NCBI GenBank assembly: GCA_028404565.1
Contig: JAOOBR010000002.1
Location: 25,848 to 89,847 of the forward strand
Direction: 5' to 3'
DNA: 64,000 nucleotides
Source of the DNA: Pseudomonadota bacterium
GTDB taxonomy: Bacteria; Pseudomonadota; Gammaproteobacteria; Magnimaribacterales; D2472
Position numbers and translations under genes: made by a program
The notes under the pieces: model-generated
Databases searched by the model: none
The model's input: the letters and a program-made list of their open reading frames with translations, nothing else
What the model was told of the DNA's origin: nothing
In this document: in pieces, positions 37,832-47,981 of the stretch
How the letters are laid out: every line of letters begins with the position of its first letter
Position numbering within the stretch: the first letter of the stretch is position 1

Positions 37832-40009
37832 ATGGACGTATCCCACATACTTGAAAATCTAAACGATCAACAGCGGCATGCCGTTACCTCAGAAGACCAA
37901 AATATTATGGTTTTAGCAGGAGCTGGATCAGGAAAAACTAGGGTGCTTGTTCATAAAGTAGCCTGGCAAGTGGAGGCGCTTAGCTTTTCACCTGGCTCAA
38001 TAATGGCAGTGACTTTCACGAACAAAGCTGCCAATGAAATGAGATCAAGAATTGAAGATCTTCTTCAGCACCCATCTCCTGAGATTTGGTGTGGGACCTT
38101 TCATAGCCTCTCTCATAGAATCTTAAGAAGGTTTAACAAAGAAGCTGAGCTATCTTCAGGCTTTACAATCCTTGATGCTGATGATCAGTTAAGGATTATA
38201 AAAAGGCTATCCAAAGAACAAGGCATTGATGAAGCAAAGTTTCCATATCGACAAACTCAATGGCAAATAAATAGCTGGAAGGACTCTGGAAAAAGAGCTA
38301 AATCAATAAGAGACAGAGGAGACTTTTATAGAAAAACAATTAAAGCAGTCTATACAGAATACGAAGAGCTTTGTAGAAATGACAGTTTAGTAGATTTTGC
38401 TGAGTTGATACTAAAATCTTATGAGCTCATTAGGAAAAATGCCTCTGTTAAAAGTTATTTTCACAAAAGGTTTAGATCCATTTTGATTGATGAGTTTCAA
38501 GATACCAATACTATTCAATATAAGTGGCTAAAGGAAATAACCTCAAAGGATGCGCTTACAACAGCTGTTGGAGATGACGATCAATCCATATATGGATGGA
38601 GAGGAGCAAAAGTTGAGAATGTAGACGCTTATATAAAAGAGTTTAAAAAGGTAAGTGTTGTTAAATTAGAGCAGAACTATAGGTCAACAAGCAAAATCCT
38701 CTCTGCAGCTAATGCTTTGATAGATAACAACGCTGATAGACTTGGGAAGAATCTTTGGACAGAGGAGCTTGAGGGAGAAAATCTAATTTTGTATCAAGCA
38801 TTCAATGAACAAGAGGAGGCAAGATTTGTAGCAGGTGTTGTAAAGGATTGGATGGAAAAGGGTGAACTTTATCAAGATTCAGCTGTCCTTTATAGGTCCA
38901 ATGCCCAATCCCGAGCCTTAGAGGAGGCTTTGCTTAGAGTGGGTATTCCTTACAGAATCTATGGCGGACTTCGATTTTATGACAGGCTTGAGATCAAGAA
39001 TGCAGTTAGTTATTTAAAGGTAATATTTAATAATTCGGATAATCCGGCTTTTGAAAGATCAATTTCGAATCCTACCAGAGGGGTTGGCCAAAAGACTTTA
39101 GCCAAGGTAAGAGATCAAGCAAAAAAATCTGGAATTTCTTACATTAAAGCTGCTGCTAGATTAATTGATGAAGGTGCAATAAAAGGTAAGGGAGCCTCGG
39201 GGCTTGGGACATATTTAGAATTTATTGCAAATGCTTTTGAAATGTTACAAACGCATAACCTTTCAGAATTAGTTGAACACATAAATGTAAAGTCAGGTCT
39301 ATATGATTTTCATAAAAAGGAGCCTGGAGAAAAAGGTAAAACAAGGACAGAGAACCTCGATGAGCTTGTGTCGGCAGCAAAAAACTTTGAACAATCTTTT
39401 AATGAAGATAAAGATAATAAAGAGATTGTTGAAAACTTTTTAGATGTTATTTCTTTAGATGCAGGAGACAGACAAGCAGATGAACATGATGATGCTGTCC
39501 AGCTTATGACACTACACTCAGCAAAAGGATTAGAGTTTAAGTTAGTTTTCTTAACTGGAATGGAGGAAAGCTTATTTCCGCATGGAAGATCAATGGAAAG
39601 CGCATCTCAGCTTGAGGAGGAAAGACGCCTTTGTTATGTAGGAATAACTAGAGCAATGAGAAAACTTTACCTAACCCATGCTGAATCGAGAAGATTGCAT
39701 GGGACTGACATTTTCAATCCTCCCTCAAGATTTTTAAAAGAAATACCGTCAGAACTCATTGATGAAATAAGGCCAAGAGCACAAACAACGATACCTTACA
39801 AAAGAAAAGGCCAAATGAGCCCATCTTTAAAGGATTCTTCAGATTCTATTGGGATTTCTCTGGGTGAAAAAGTTTCACATCCAACGTTTGGAGAGGGTAT
39901 AGTACTAAATTATGAAGGAGCTGGTGAGTCAGCACGAGTTCAAATAAATTTTGAACAAGAGGGAACAAAATGGTTAGTTTTAGCGTTCGCAAAATTAGAA
40001 AAAATATAA
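37832..40009 (+). CDS. uvrD: DNA helicase II
   Basis: 725 aa. SF1 helicase motifs (AGAGSGKT, DEFQDTN, ...LEQNYRS..., VGITRA). Confidence 0.92.
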   Translation: MDVSHILENLNDQQRHAVTSEDQNIMVLAGAGSGKTRVLVHKVAWQVEALSFSPGSIMAVTFTNKAANEMRSRIEDLLQHPSPEIWCGTFHSLSHRILRRFNKEAELSSGFTILDADDQLRIIKRLSKEQGIDEAKFPYRQTQWQINSWKDSGKRAKSIRDRGDFYRKTIKAVYTEYEELCRNDSLVDFAELILKSYELIRKNASVKSYFHKRFRSILIDEFQDTNTIQYKWLKEITSKDALTTAVGDDDQSIYGWRGAKVENVDAYIKEFKKVSVVKLEQNYRSTSKILSAANALIDNNADRLGKNLWTEELEGENLILYQAFNEQEEARFVAGVVKDWMEKGELYQDSAVLYRSNAQSRALEEALLRVGIPYRIYGGLRFYDRLEIKNAVSYLKVIFNNSDNPAFERSISNPTRGVGQKTLAKVRDQAKKSGISYIKAAARLIDEGAIKGKGASGLGTYLEFIANAFEMLQTHNLSELVEHINVKSGLYDFHKKEPGEKGKTRTENLDELVSAAKNFEQSFNEDKDNKEIVENFLDVISLDAGDRQADEHDDAVQLMTLHSAKGLEFKLVFLTGMEESLFPHGRSMESASQLEEERRLCYVGITRAMRKLYLTHAESRRLHGTDIFNPPSRFLKEIPSELIDEIRPRAQTTIPYKRKGQMSPSLKDSSDSIGISLGEKVSHPTFGEGIVLNYEGAGESARVQINFEQEGTKWLVLAFAKLEKI

Positions 40010-41091
40010 TTAAGAGTAATTTCGTACTCTTTGCTTTATTGTTTGCAATAAGCTGCTCAGATTCTTCTAACCCTGAACAAAAAATAGATAAGCAAAAAAC
40101 CTTCAATTGGTCTCTTGTAACAACATGGCCCAAAAATTATCCTGGTTTAGGTATGGCACCAGAAAGGCTAGCAAAGCTTGTTAAAGAAATGAGTGATGGG
40201 CGAATGAATATAACAGTCTATGGAGCTGGCGAAATTGTTCCAGCAATGGGAGTTTTTGATGCTGTATCCTCAGGATCAGTTCAAATGGGGCATAGTGGTG
40301 CTTATTACTGGAAAGGCAAGATTCCTGCAGCACAATTCTTTGCTGGAGTTCCGTTTGGGCTAAATGCAAAAGAAATGAATGCTTGGGTTAATAGAGGCGG
40401 TGGATTAGAAATATGGAGGGAGCTATATGAACCATTTAATATTTATCCGATACCCTGTGGCAATACCGGAACACAGATGTTTGGTTGGTTTAATAGGGAA
40501 ATTAACTCGTTAAATGATTTAAAAGGACTAAAAATGAGGATACCCGGGGTTGGAGGGGAAGTTTTTAAAAGAGCTGGTGGCAATCCAGTTAATATCCCAG
40601 GTGGCGAGCTGTATACTGCTATGCAGACTGGAACCATAGATGCTGTTGAATGGGTTGGCCCATACAATGATTTAGCTTTTGGGTTTCAACAAGTTGCAAA
40701 ATACTATTATTATCCTGGGTGGCATGAACCTGGTTCTATGCTGGAATTACTAGTGAACGACGATGCTTGGGATTCACTTCCATCTGATTTACAGGCAATT
40801 ATTGAAACCGCAGCTAAAGCCGTTAATCAAGATTTATTAGATGAATACACAGCCTCAAATAATAAAGCGCTCAAAGAACTCATTGAAACTCATGGAGTTG
40901 AGTTAAGGAAGCTGCCTGATGATGTCATTGCTGAGTTTAAAAAGATTTCTGATGAAATCATTGCAGAAAGCTTAAATGATGAAACTGTAAAAAAAGTTCA
41001 CACATCCTTTCAAGATTTTCTTGGCGAAGTTTCAGAATACCATTCAATCGCCGAAGATGCTTTTATTGAAGCTAGATCAAGTAGTGATTAG
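39970..41091 (+). CDS. TRAP transporter substrate-binding protein (DctP family), lipoprotein-like
   Basis: 373 aa. Signal/lipobox ...AISCS, with family-7 extracellular solute-binding protein resemblance throughout. The start overlaps the uvrD end by 40 nt. Confidence 0.75.
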   Translation: MVSFSVRKIRKNIIKSNFVLFALLFAISCSDSSNPEQKIDKQKTFNWSLVTTWPKNYPGLGMAPERLAKLVKEMSDGRMNITVYGAGEIVPAMGVFDAVSSGSVQMGHSGAYYWKGKIPAAQFFAGVPFGLNAKEMNAWVNRGGGLEIWRELYEPFNIYPIPCGNTGTQMFGWFNREINSLNDLKGLKMRIPGVGGEVFKRAGGNPVNIPGGELYTAMQTGTIDAVEWVGPYNDLAFGFQQVAKYYYYPGWHEPGSMLELLVNDDAWDSLPSDLQAIIETAAKAVNQDLLDEYTASNNKALKELIETHGVELRKLPDDVIAEFKKISDEIIAESLNDETVKKVHTSFQDFLGEVSEYHSIAEDAFIEARSSSD

Positions 41092-41671
41092 AGATTTAGG
41101 GATAACAAAATATCAAGATACTTTTTTAGCAATGAAAGATTTTGTTGAAATAGGGAATGAAGAAGCCATTTGGCTAGTTGAGCATGAACCAGTATTTACC
41201 CTCGGTACGGCAGCAGATCAAAAGCATATTTTAAGGAAAACCAATATTGAAATAATTCAAGCAGATAGAGGAGGAGAGGTCACTTATCATGGGCCAGGAC
41301 AGCTGATCGTCTATTTTTTATTAAATATCAGAGAAAGAGATTTAGGACCTAAAAAATTTGTTAAACAGTTAGAGGATTTAGTGCAATCAATTCTTGAGGA
41401 ATTTGAAATAAATAGCACTACTATCGAAGGATCACCAGGAGTATATGTTGAGTCAAAAAAAATTGCCTCAATTGGGTTGCGTTTTTCAAAGGGTTTTTCA
41501 TATCACGGAATAAGTATAAATGTTGATATGGACTTACAGCCTTTTCAAAGTATTAATCCTTGCGGCTATCAAGGCCTTGAAGTTACCCAAATTAAAGATT
41601 TTTATAGCAACATATCTTTAGAGAAAGTAAAATTAGCGGTACAAGATCAGATAAACAAGAGCTTTAGTTAA
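41057..41671 (+). CDS. lipB: Octanoyltransferase
   Basis: Start placed at [15 protein letters not shown]... (the track start is 41021). [12 protein letters not shown] motif. Followed by lipA with a one-nt overlap. Confidence 0.85.
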   Translation: MLLLKLDQVVIRDLGITKYQDTFLAMKDFVEIGNEEAIWLVEHEPVFTLGTAADQKHILRKTNIEIIQADRGGEVTYHGPGQLIVYFLLNIRERDLGPKKFVKQLEDLVQSILEEFEINSTTIEGSPGVYVESKKIASIGLRFSKGFSYHGISINVDMDLQPFQSINPCGYQGLEVTQIKDFYSNISLEKVKLAVQDQINKSFS

Positions 41672-42648
41672 TGGAAATCATACCAACAGTAAAAATAGTC
41701 AACAGAGATGGCATAAAAGCTGTTAAAAATGGACAAAAAGCAAATAAATTTGCCCACGTTCCAGCAGAAAAAAAACCAAGTTGGATTAGGGTTAAAGCTA
41801 GTTTTGATCCAAAATACAAACTTGTGAAAGAGCAGGTGGCTTCCAAAAAACTCAATACAGTTTGTGAAGAAGCAATGTGTCCAAATATTTCAGAGTGCTG
41901 GTCCAGTGGTACTGCGACCTTCATGCTGATGGGCTCAGTCTGCACTAGAGCATGTAAATTTTGTTCAGTTGATACAGGCAACCCAAAAGGGTGGTTAGAT
42001 CAAGAAGAGCCAATGAAAACAGCTGAAGCAGTTAAAACTATGGGCTTAAAATATGTTGTACTGACCTCTGTTAATAGAGACGATTTGGAAGATGGAGGAG
42101 CTGAGCACTATGCAGAAACTGTTCAAGCAATTAAATCTATTAATCCAGATACTGCAGTCGAAGCACTTACTCCAGATTTCAAGGGCATAAGCTCATCAAT
42201 TAATACTATTGTTAACTCAGGAATCGAAGTATTCGCTCAAAATTTAGAGACAGTGGAAAGACTAACATATCCAGTAAGAGATCCACGTGCAGGATATCAA
42301 CAGACCTTGGATGTTTTATTGGAATCAAAACAAATAAATGCAGATGTCCTCACTAAAACTAGTTTAATACTTGGGTTAGGTGAAACGGATCAAGAAATAG
42401 AGAAAGCTATGGATGACTTAATCGCGCACAAAGTTGATATTCTTACTTTAGGACAGTATTTAAGACCAACCTTGAACCATTTGCCTGTTGAAAGATGGGT
42501 AACGCCTAAAGAATTTAATAAATACAGGGAGATAGGCTTGAAGAAAGGATTTTTAGAGGTAGTTTCTGGGCCAATGGTTAGATCAAGCTATAGAGCCGAA
42601 CAAGCCCTTCAGAAAAATAATGCTGGTTTAGAGATGTCAGGAATCTAA
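41671..42648 (+). CDS. lipA: Lipoyl synthase
   Basis: 325 aa. [12 protein letters not shown] and radical-SAM CTRACKFC clusters. Confidence 0.95.
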   Translation: MEIIPTVKIVNRDGIKAVKNGQKANKFAHVPAEKKPSWIRVKASFDPKYKLVKEQVASKKLNTVCEEAMCPNISECWSSGTATFMLMGSVCTRACKFCSVDTGNPKGWLDQEEPMKTAEAVKTMGLKYVVLTSVNRDDLEDGGAEHYAETVQAIKSINPDTAVEALTPDFKGISSSINTIVNSGIEVFAQNLETVERLTYPVRDPRAGYQQTLDVLLESKQINADVLTKTSLILGLGETDQEIEKAMDDLIAHKVDILTLGQYLRPTLNHLPVERWVTPKEFNKYREIGLKKGFLEVVSGPMVRSSYRAEQALQKNNAGLEMSGI

Positions 42649-42651
42649 CTT

Positions 42652-42894
42652 ATGGATGTTATAAAAAATCTCGAAGATTTTATAGATGGACAAACGCTTA
42701 AAGTTCGTCAAAAAGTTCGCAGCAAAGCCATAAAAAAAGCAGAAACTAATCTGATTTATAGTGGCACCAAGCAAGAAGATTTGACACCTGAAGACTGGGA
42801 GCATGTTGTTGCAGAGGAAGAGAAAGCCCTATGGGAGTCATATAAAAAGTATCCTCTTTGGGCCTTGATAGCATTTGGATTCTGGTTGCCCTAA
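42652..42894 (+). CDS. Hypothetical protein with a C-terminal TM segment
   Basis: 80 aa with a charged N-terminal part and a hydrophobic tail. Confidence 0.45.
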   Translation: MDVIKNLEDFIDGQTLKVRQKVRSKAIKKAETNLIYSGTKQEDLTPEDWEHVVAEEEKALWESYKKYPLWALIAFGFWLP

Positions 42895-43262
42895 TGAATT
42901 GGTTAAAAACTGCAGCCATTGGAATCTGGATTCGAGCTCACTCAGATTTATTGTTTAGAGCACTTGTCTCTCTTGGTATTTTTTGGATTTTGAATAGTGT
43001 CTACAGTAAATATGAAGCAGTTTTATTGGTAACTAATCCTGAAAAACTCTTTATCCCTTTATATATTTATACTTTTATAATCCTAATCCTTGTAATTTGG
43101 ACGCTATTGTCACTGCGCTGGGTATCAGGAATTTCAGTAGCTAAAAAGAAAGTCGCAGCTAGGGAATCTTTTACCAATAAGTCTGATGAGTATAAAAAAA
43201 TAGCAGATGTTAAAAATTATCCAAAGCTAAAGACGAAGAAAGATTCAATAATAGAAAGCTAA
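42894..43262 (+). CDS. Hypothetical membrane protein
   Basis: Start placed at MNWLKTAAIG (TAATG overlap with the upstream stop). Three TM segments. Confidence 0.45.
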   Translation: MNWLKTAAIGIWIRAHSDLLFRALVSLGIFWILNSVYSKYEAVLLVTNPEKLFIPLYIYTFIILILVIWTLLSLRWVSGISVAKKKVAARESFTNKSDEYKKIADVKNYPKLKTKKDSIIES

Positions 43263-44179
43263 GCTTTATGTGAGGCTGGGATTTTAAGTCCCATCTTTTT
43301 TAAGTGGTATCTCACTCTTTTAGTGTTGAGTCTGTCTGGAGCATAATTTAGGCACGATTCATAAAACGAATCATCGAACTCATTATTAACAAGCCAAACA
43401 GTAAAGCGATCTTGCTCTTTTTTAGCACCACTAATTGCGTAACGCTTACTCTGTATGATAGTTCGGTTATATTCGCGTATGCACCTTTCCTTAAATCTGT
43501 TTTGAAAGATTTCTGATAAGAGCTTCATATATTCTAAGAAAAGATCTTCACTGCATTTTTTAAAAAATAAATTTTGTAAAAATAAAAAAATATTTGTGTC
43601 AACGTTCCCACAATTAACACAATTAAAGTCCTCTTCAAAAACTAGCAGTATGAGCAAAATAAAATATAACTCACATTGATTAAAATTTTTTACCTCATCA
43701 GTAAAAAATCCTTCAAATGAGAATTCCTGATCTGGTATTGGAAAAACTGGCTCTTCACTAAGAAATATATGTAATGCACCTGCGAGAAAAATTTGTACTT
43801 TTTCTGGAGCAGCAAGTAGAAGATTTTTAATATAAATTTGACGCATAGATCCTTTAAGCAAAATGTCAGCTCTTTGTGGGGGAACTATTAGGTAGGTCTT
43901 AGTTGTTAAGTAGTCAGGCAAGATCCAATCCCATTCGTATTTATCAACATATTCTTGTAAAGTTTTAGTAGCAACTTCTCCTGAAGATGGCAGCAGATCT
44001 ACGTAAAGATCAAGACCTAGGTGAGGATAAGCATCAGTAGAAAAAAATGGATTGATGCCAAGAAAAGTCTTTGCTTTATAGTCTTTAGATAAAGATAAAC
44101 GTTGTCTTTCCCTATCAAAAAAATTTTTTAGATCTCGCTTCGTTGAATCTAAAAGCAAGTCTTTCAAACAAATCCCCAT
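43259..44179 (-). CDS. Hypothetical protein, paralog B of a tandem pair
   Basis: 306 aa. Shares KAKTFLGINPFF and PEKVQIFLAGALHIFLSEEPVFP blocks with the upstream gene product. No family recognised. Confidence 0.55.
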   Translation of the reverse strand: MGICLKDLLLDSTKRDLKNFFDRERQRLSLSKDYKAKTFLGINPFFSTDAYPHLGLDLYVDLLPSSGEVATKTLQEYVDKYEWDWILPDYLTTKTYLIVPPQRADILLKGSMRQIYIKNLLLAAPEKVQIFLAGALHIFLSEEPVFPIPDQEFSFEGFFTDEVKNFNQCELYFILLILLVFEEDFNCVNCGNVDTNIFLFLQNLFFKKCSEDLFLEYMKLLSEIFQNRFKERCIREYNRTIIQSKRYAISGAKKEQDRFTVWLVNNEFDDSFYESCLNYAPDRLNTKRVRYHLKKMGLKIPASHKA

Positions 44180-44192
44180 TTTTATTAATTAA

Positions 44193-45077
44193 TTAGGTTG
44201 CTCGTATCAATCTAAGTTCAACTTTAGTTTTTTTAAACAAATATTGCTTTGCATCTGGATGCGAATTAACAGCAGCTAATGCAACTTCTAGGTCATTTCT
44301 CATATTAGTTTTAATAAATCCAATAATCCGACCGTCAACCTCAGCTGCTTCTAAAACTTTGTCTTTTGATTCTTTTATATGCCTTGGAGCTGACTTAAAA
44401 AGCTCAAAATTAACAGCTACAATTTCTTTCACAAAATCTTTTTGATCCCAAATACGGAGAGGTAAGGATCTTCCCGCTCTATTTGTTATTAGCTCAGGAT
44501 AGAGGTGAAGAGCCTCGAACAGCAATTCTCTTGACTCAAACCAATAGAGTGGCCATGGACCATCGTCATGCCCATAAATACCAGAAGTTTTCTGAAGCAT
44601 ATCCAGGATTAAAAAGAGATCCCATTCGTGTTGTGTATAAAAGAATCTACTCACAATTCCTTCCCAAGGCATAGGCGCATCAGATTCAATTGCATTATGA
44701 AGTCCTGCAATATATATCTGAACATTTTCAGGGAGTTTAAATATCTCTTCATGAAGTTTTGATTGTTGAATTAATCCTTCACGAAACTTTCCCCATAAAC
44801 CACCATAGTTATTGGCAGATTCTAAAGTAAACTTTTCATGTGCTCTAAAGTACATTTTTACATCTTCTTTCGATTGAGGCATATTTATTATCTGAGCGCT
44901 ATCTTCCCAACCGCATTTTGGGCTTTGATCATCAAAAAAAGAGCCTGATTGTAAAAACATTTTTGCTTTCCATTTTTCTCTGTGAATAACTGCTTCTGCT
45001 TCAAGCTCCTTTTTCTTCATGGGAGAAATGAATCTATATTTTTTCATTAAGTCCAATATATATTTATTAAACGACAC
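44193..45077 (-). CDS. Hypothetical protein, paralog A of a tandem pair (the C-terminus may contain DUF4116-like repeats)
   Basis: 294 aa. KAKMFLQSGSFF and PENVQIYIAGLHNAIESDAPMPW blocks. The C-terminal ...KDKVLEAAEVDGRIIGFI...DLEVALAAVNSHPDA... looks repeat-like. Confidence 0.55.
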   Translation of the reverse strand: MSFNKYILDLMKKYRFISPMKKKELEAEAVIHREKWKAKMFLQSGSFFDDQSPKCGWEDSAQIINMPQSKEDVKMYFRAHEKFTLESANNYGGLWGKFREGLIQQSKLHEEIFKLPENVQIYIAGLHNAIESDAPMPWEGIVSRFFYTQHEWDLFLILDMLQKTSGIYGHDDGPWPLYWFESRELLFEALHLYPELITNRAGRSLPLRIWDQKDFVKEIVAVNFELFKSAPRHIKESKDKVLEAAEVDGRIIGFIKTNMRNDLEVALAAVNSHPDAKQYLFKKTKVELRLIRAT

Positions 45078-45124
45078 TATGAGTCGTAACCAAGATTTAA
45101 ATTAAATGGAGCCAGGTAGAATTT

Positions 45125-46210
45125 TCAATAAATTATGTAAGCAGAAACATTCCAAAAATTGAAAAATTCTTGTGTTGTTATCTGAGCTTCGGGAATAGAT
45201 ATCGAAATAGAATGCTCTCCCTTTTCTAACTTACCTAATTCAATTATTTCAGGAGTGACCTTGCTACCAGGGCACCAGCCAGACCTTGAGTAGTCTGATG
45301 AAGCAATTCTTTCTTGAATTATCTCACCTTTCCACTCAGCTTCTGTCATCCAAACACCTGAGCTAGGATTAAATCTTCTAAATGAAGCACAGTCGTCCCG
45401 CCAAGGGATAAACTCTTTTATAACTTTGTCATTAAGACTTATCACATTAAGCCTTTTTACAAACTCATCACCACCACTATGACCGCCATGCCCTGTTGTT
45501 AAATAATATAATCTTACGTTCTCATGATCTTTAGCTAACTTGAATGTTTTTGTTATGGGCTCGCTAGCAAATTTATCGTAACCACTTTGCCCCGGAAATA
45601 TTGGAGTTGTATTTAGCAAAGGAAATATAGTCTTAAATGGTTTATTTGTCTTTGTATAATATTCATCAAAAGAAATACCTACATCAACACTCCAGCCTTC
45701 ATTTGACCAAGTATCAATGTAAAGACCAACCCAAACCTCATCTCTTAAAACCGGTAATAGATGAGATATATCCTCTTCCCAAGTGATGTCATCTTCCCAC
45801 CTTGGTATATAAGAAGGTTTTAGCTTTTGTATATTTTCTTTATTATTAAAGTGACCAACACCAAAAGGAGTTATAAACCTTAATAACTCCAATGAGGTTA
45901 CTTCTTTAAGATTATCAAAATCAGCTTCAGGTATTAAAAAGAACGATCCAGATTTATCCCATGGATCTCCTGTAGATTTTAATGTGATAATGGCTTTAGC
46001 TCGATGAAAACTATCAGTCTCAGGCAATTCAATCTTCTTAAGGACTACTCTTCCTGATCCAAGCGTTCTAATGATTTCCGAATCATTATTTATAAGTCCT
46101 GCATCGAAAAAGATTTTTTGATCTTCAAATATCGTTAAGGTTTTATCAGTGACTATTTCATCTTGAGAGCATGAAACAATAAAAAAAATGGTAAAAAATA
46201 GGATTCTCAT
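45125..46210 (-). CDS. Peptide-N-glycosidase F (PNGase F)-like lipoprotein
   Basis: 361 aa with lipobox IVSCS. Blocks align with Elizabethkingia PNGase F as recalled: GDPWDKS (DEWDRY), ITPFGVGH (ITPYWVG), LYIDTWSNEGWSVDV (IYTETWLAKGREYSVDF), GGDEF (GCAEW), SRSGWCPG (DRAGWCPG). Confidence 0.7.
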   Translation of the reverse strand: MRILFFTIFFIVSCSQDEIVTDKTLTIFEDQKIFFDAGLINNDSEIIRTLGSGRVVLKKIELPETDSFHRAKAIITLKSTGDPWDKSGSFFLIPEADFDNLKEVTSLELLRFITPFGVGHFNNKENIQKLKPSYIPRWEDDITWEEDISHLLPVLRDEVWVGLYIDTWSNEGWSVDVGISFDEYYTKTNKPFKTIFPLLNTTPIFPGQSGYDKFASEPITKTFKLAKDHENVRLYYLTTGHGGHSGGDEFVKRLNVISLNDKVIKEFIPWRDDCASFRRFNPSSGVWMTEAEWKGEIIQERIASSDYSRSGWCPGSKVTPEIIELGKLEKGEHSISISIPEAQITTQEFFNFWNVSAYIIY

Positions 46211-47538
46211 AAGACTAAGCTTGGGAAAGTTATAACCATTAACAAGACTAATAACTGAATCGCTATAAAAGGTATTACTCCTTTATATATTTCTATTGTT
46301 TTAATTGATTTATCTGCAACTCCCCTCAGGTAAAAGAGAGAAAATCCAAAGGGAGGCGTTAAAAAAGAAGTTTGAAGATTAATTGCTAGCATTATCCCAA
46401 GCCAAACAGGATCAAAACCCATCATAAGTAATGGTGGTGCAATTAGCGGAACAAATACATAACAAATCTCAATAAAATCTAATATAAAACCCAGCAAAAA
46501 TATCATCAACATTACGAAAAATAATGCTGAATATTTTCCACCCGGTAACATCTCAAACACTAAACTAATTAATTCATCACCACCGACCCCTCTAAAGATT
46601 AAAGAAAATATGGATGCACCAATTAAGATAGTAAAGACCATGGTGGTAACCAAAGCCGTTCTTTTGCTCGCCTCTTTTAAAAGCCCTATATTGAACTTTT
46701 TAAAGTACAAACATATAAGTATTGAACCAATTGCTCCAACTCCAGCTGCCTCTGTTGGAGTAGCAATCCCAAAAATAATAGACCCCAAGACCATAAAGAT
46801 AAGTAAGATAGGCGGCAGAAGTGTATTTAATAAAGATAGAAGACTGACTTTGCTTTCCCTTTCACTACTAATGGTTAAATTTTTGTTCCAAAAGATTGTA
46901 TAGACCAAAAAAAGTATACAAATAATTAGTCCTGGCAGAAGCGCTCCTATAAATAAGTCGCCTACAGAAACTGTTTTTACTGAAAAGATACCCATATCAT
47001 TTTGAGCTCGCTGATATGCATTAGACATAACATCACCAAGAAGAACTAATGCAATTGATGGAGGAATAATCTGGCCTAAAGTACCAGTTGCTGCAACTAG
47101 ACCAGAAGAGAATTTTTTATCATATCCCTCCTTGAGTAGAGCTGGAAGTGACATTAACCCCATTGTGACAACTGTTGCCCCGACGATACCTGTACTTGCA
47201 GCCAATAATGCACCCACGACAACAATGGAAATACCAAGACCGCCCTTTATACCAGCAAAGGCTTTAGCCATATCCTGCAACATCTTTGCTGCAATTCCCG
47301 ATCTTTCTAACACAACCCCCATAAAAACAAATAAAGGCACAGCAAGAAGGGTTTGATTATTCATAATCCCAAATATTCTTATCGGTAAGTTTTTAAAAAG
47401 ATTTAAATCAAAGATGCCAAATAATGAACATATCAGAGCAAATATTATTGATACACCAGCTAACGTAAAAGCAACTGGATAACCGGCCAACAATGAACTA
47501 CAAACAAAGATTATTAATAAAAGCGGTATTATTTCCAT
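46207..47538 (-). CDS. dctM: TRAP transporter large permease subunit
   Basis: 443 aa polytopic protein with DctM-like sequence throughout. Overlaps dctQ upstream and the PNGase-like gene downstream. Confidence 0.88.
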   Translation of the reverse strand: MEIIPLLLIIFVCSSLLAGYPVAFTLAGVSIIFALICSLFGIFDLNLFKNLPIRIFGIMNNQTLLAVPLFVFMGVVLERSGIAAKMLQDMAKAFAGIKGGLGISIVVVGALLAASTGIVGATVVTMGLMSLPALLKEGYDKKFSSGLVAATGTLGQIIPPSIALVLLGDVMSNAYQRAQNDMGIFSVKTVSVGDLFIGALLPGLIICILFLVYTIFWNKNLTISSERESKVSLLSLLNTLLPPILLIFMVLGSIIFGIATPTEAAGVGAIGSILICLYFKKFNIGLLKEASKRTALVTTMVFTILIGASIFSLIFRGVGGDELISLVFEMLPGGKYSALFFVMLMIFLLGFILDFIEICYVFVPLIAPPLLMMGFDPVWLGIMLAINLQTSFLTPPFGFSLFYLRGVADKSIKTIEIYKGVIPFIAIQLLVLLMVITFPSLVL

Positions 47539-47981
47539 AGCTCTTTTAATTGTTTAATAGCTGCTAAAAAAAGCACGAGCGGAAAAAGTAAGATAATTGT
47601 TTTATGTAGATAAACAGTTTTTAAACCACCTGGCTCAGTTGATGATTCCCTTAATAGCCAGGATAATTTTATAAAATCAATGGAGTAAAAACTTATTATA
47701 AAAACTACTGGCAAGACAAAAAAAACTAAACCTAAGGTATTTATAAGTTTTTTGTAAGATTCTGATTTGTCTTTATAGACAATATCTACTCTAACATGCT
47801 CTTCCTCAGTAAGAGCCCAGCCAGCACAACCCAAGAAAACTAGCGCATGCAAATACAGGGCTAACTCTTGTAAATCTGCTCTTCCAACCCCAAATACATA
47901 TCTACTAATAACAATATATATAACCAGAATCACAATTATTGGTAAAAAGTACGAAAAAAATTTGCCTATAGATTGATTCAT
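47529..47981 (-). CDS. dctQ: TRAP transporter small permease subunit
   Basis: 150 aa with four TM segments. 10-nt overlap with dctM. Confidence 0.72.
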   Translation of the reverse strand: MNQSIGKFFSYFLPIIVILVIYIVISRYVFGVGRADLQELALYLHALVFLGCAGWALTEEEHVRVDIVYKDKSESYKKLINTLGLVFFVLPVVFIISFYSIDFIKLSWLLRESSTEPGGLKTVYLHKTIILLFPLVLFLAAIKQLKELWK

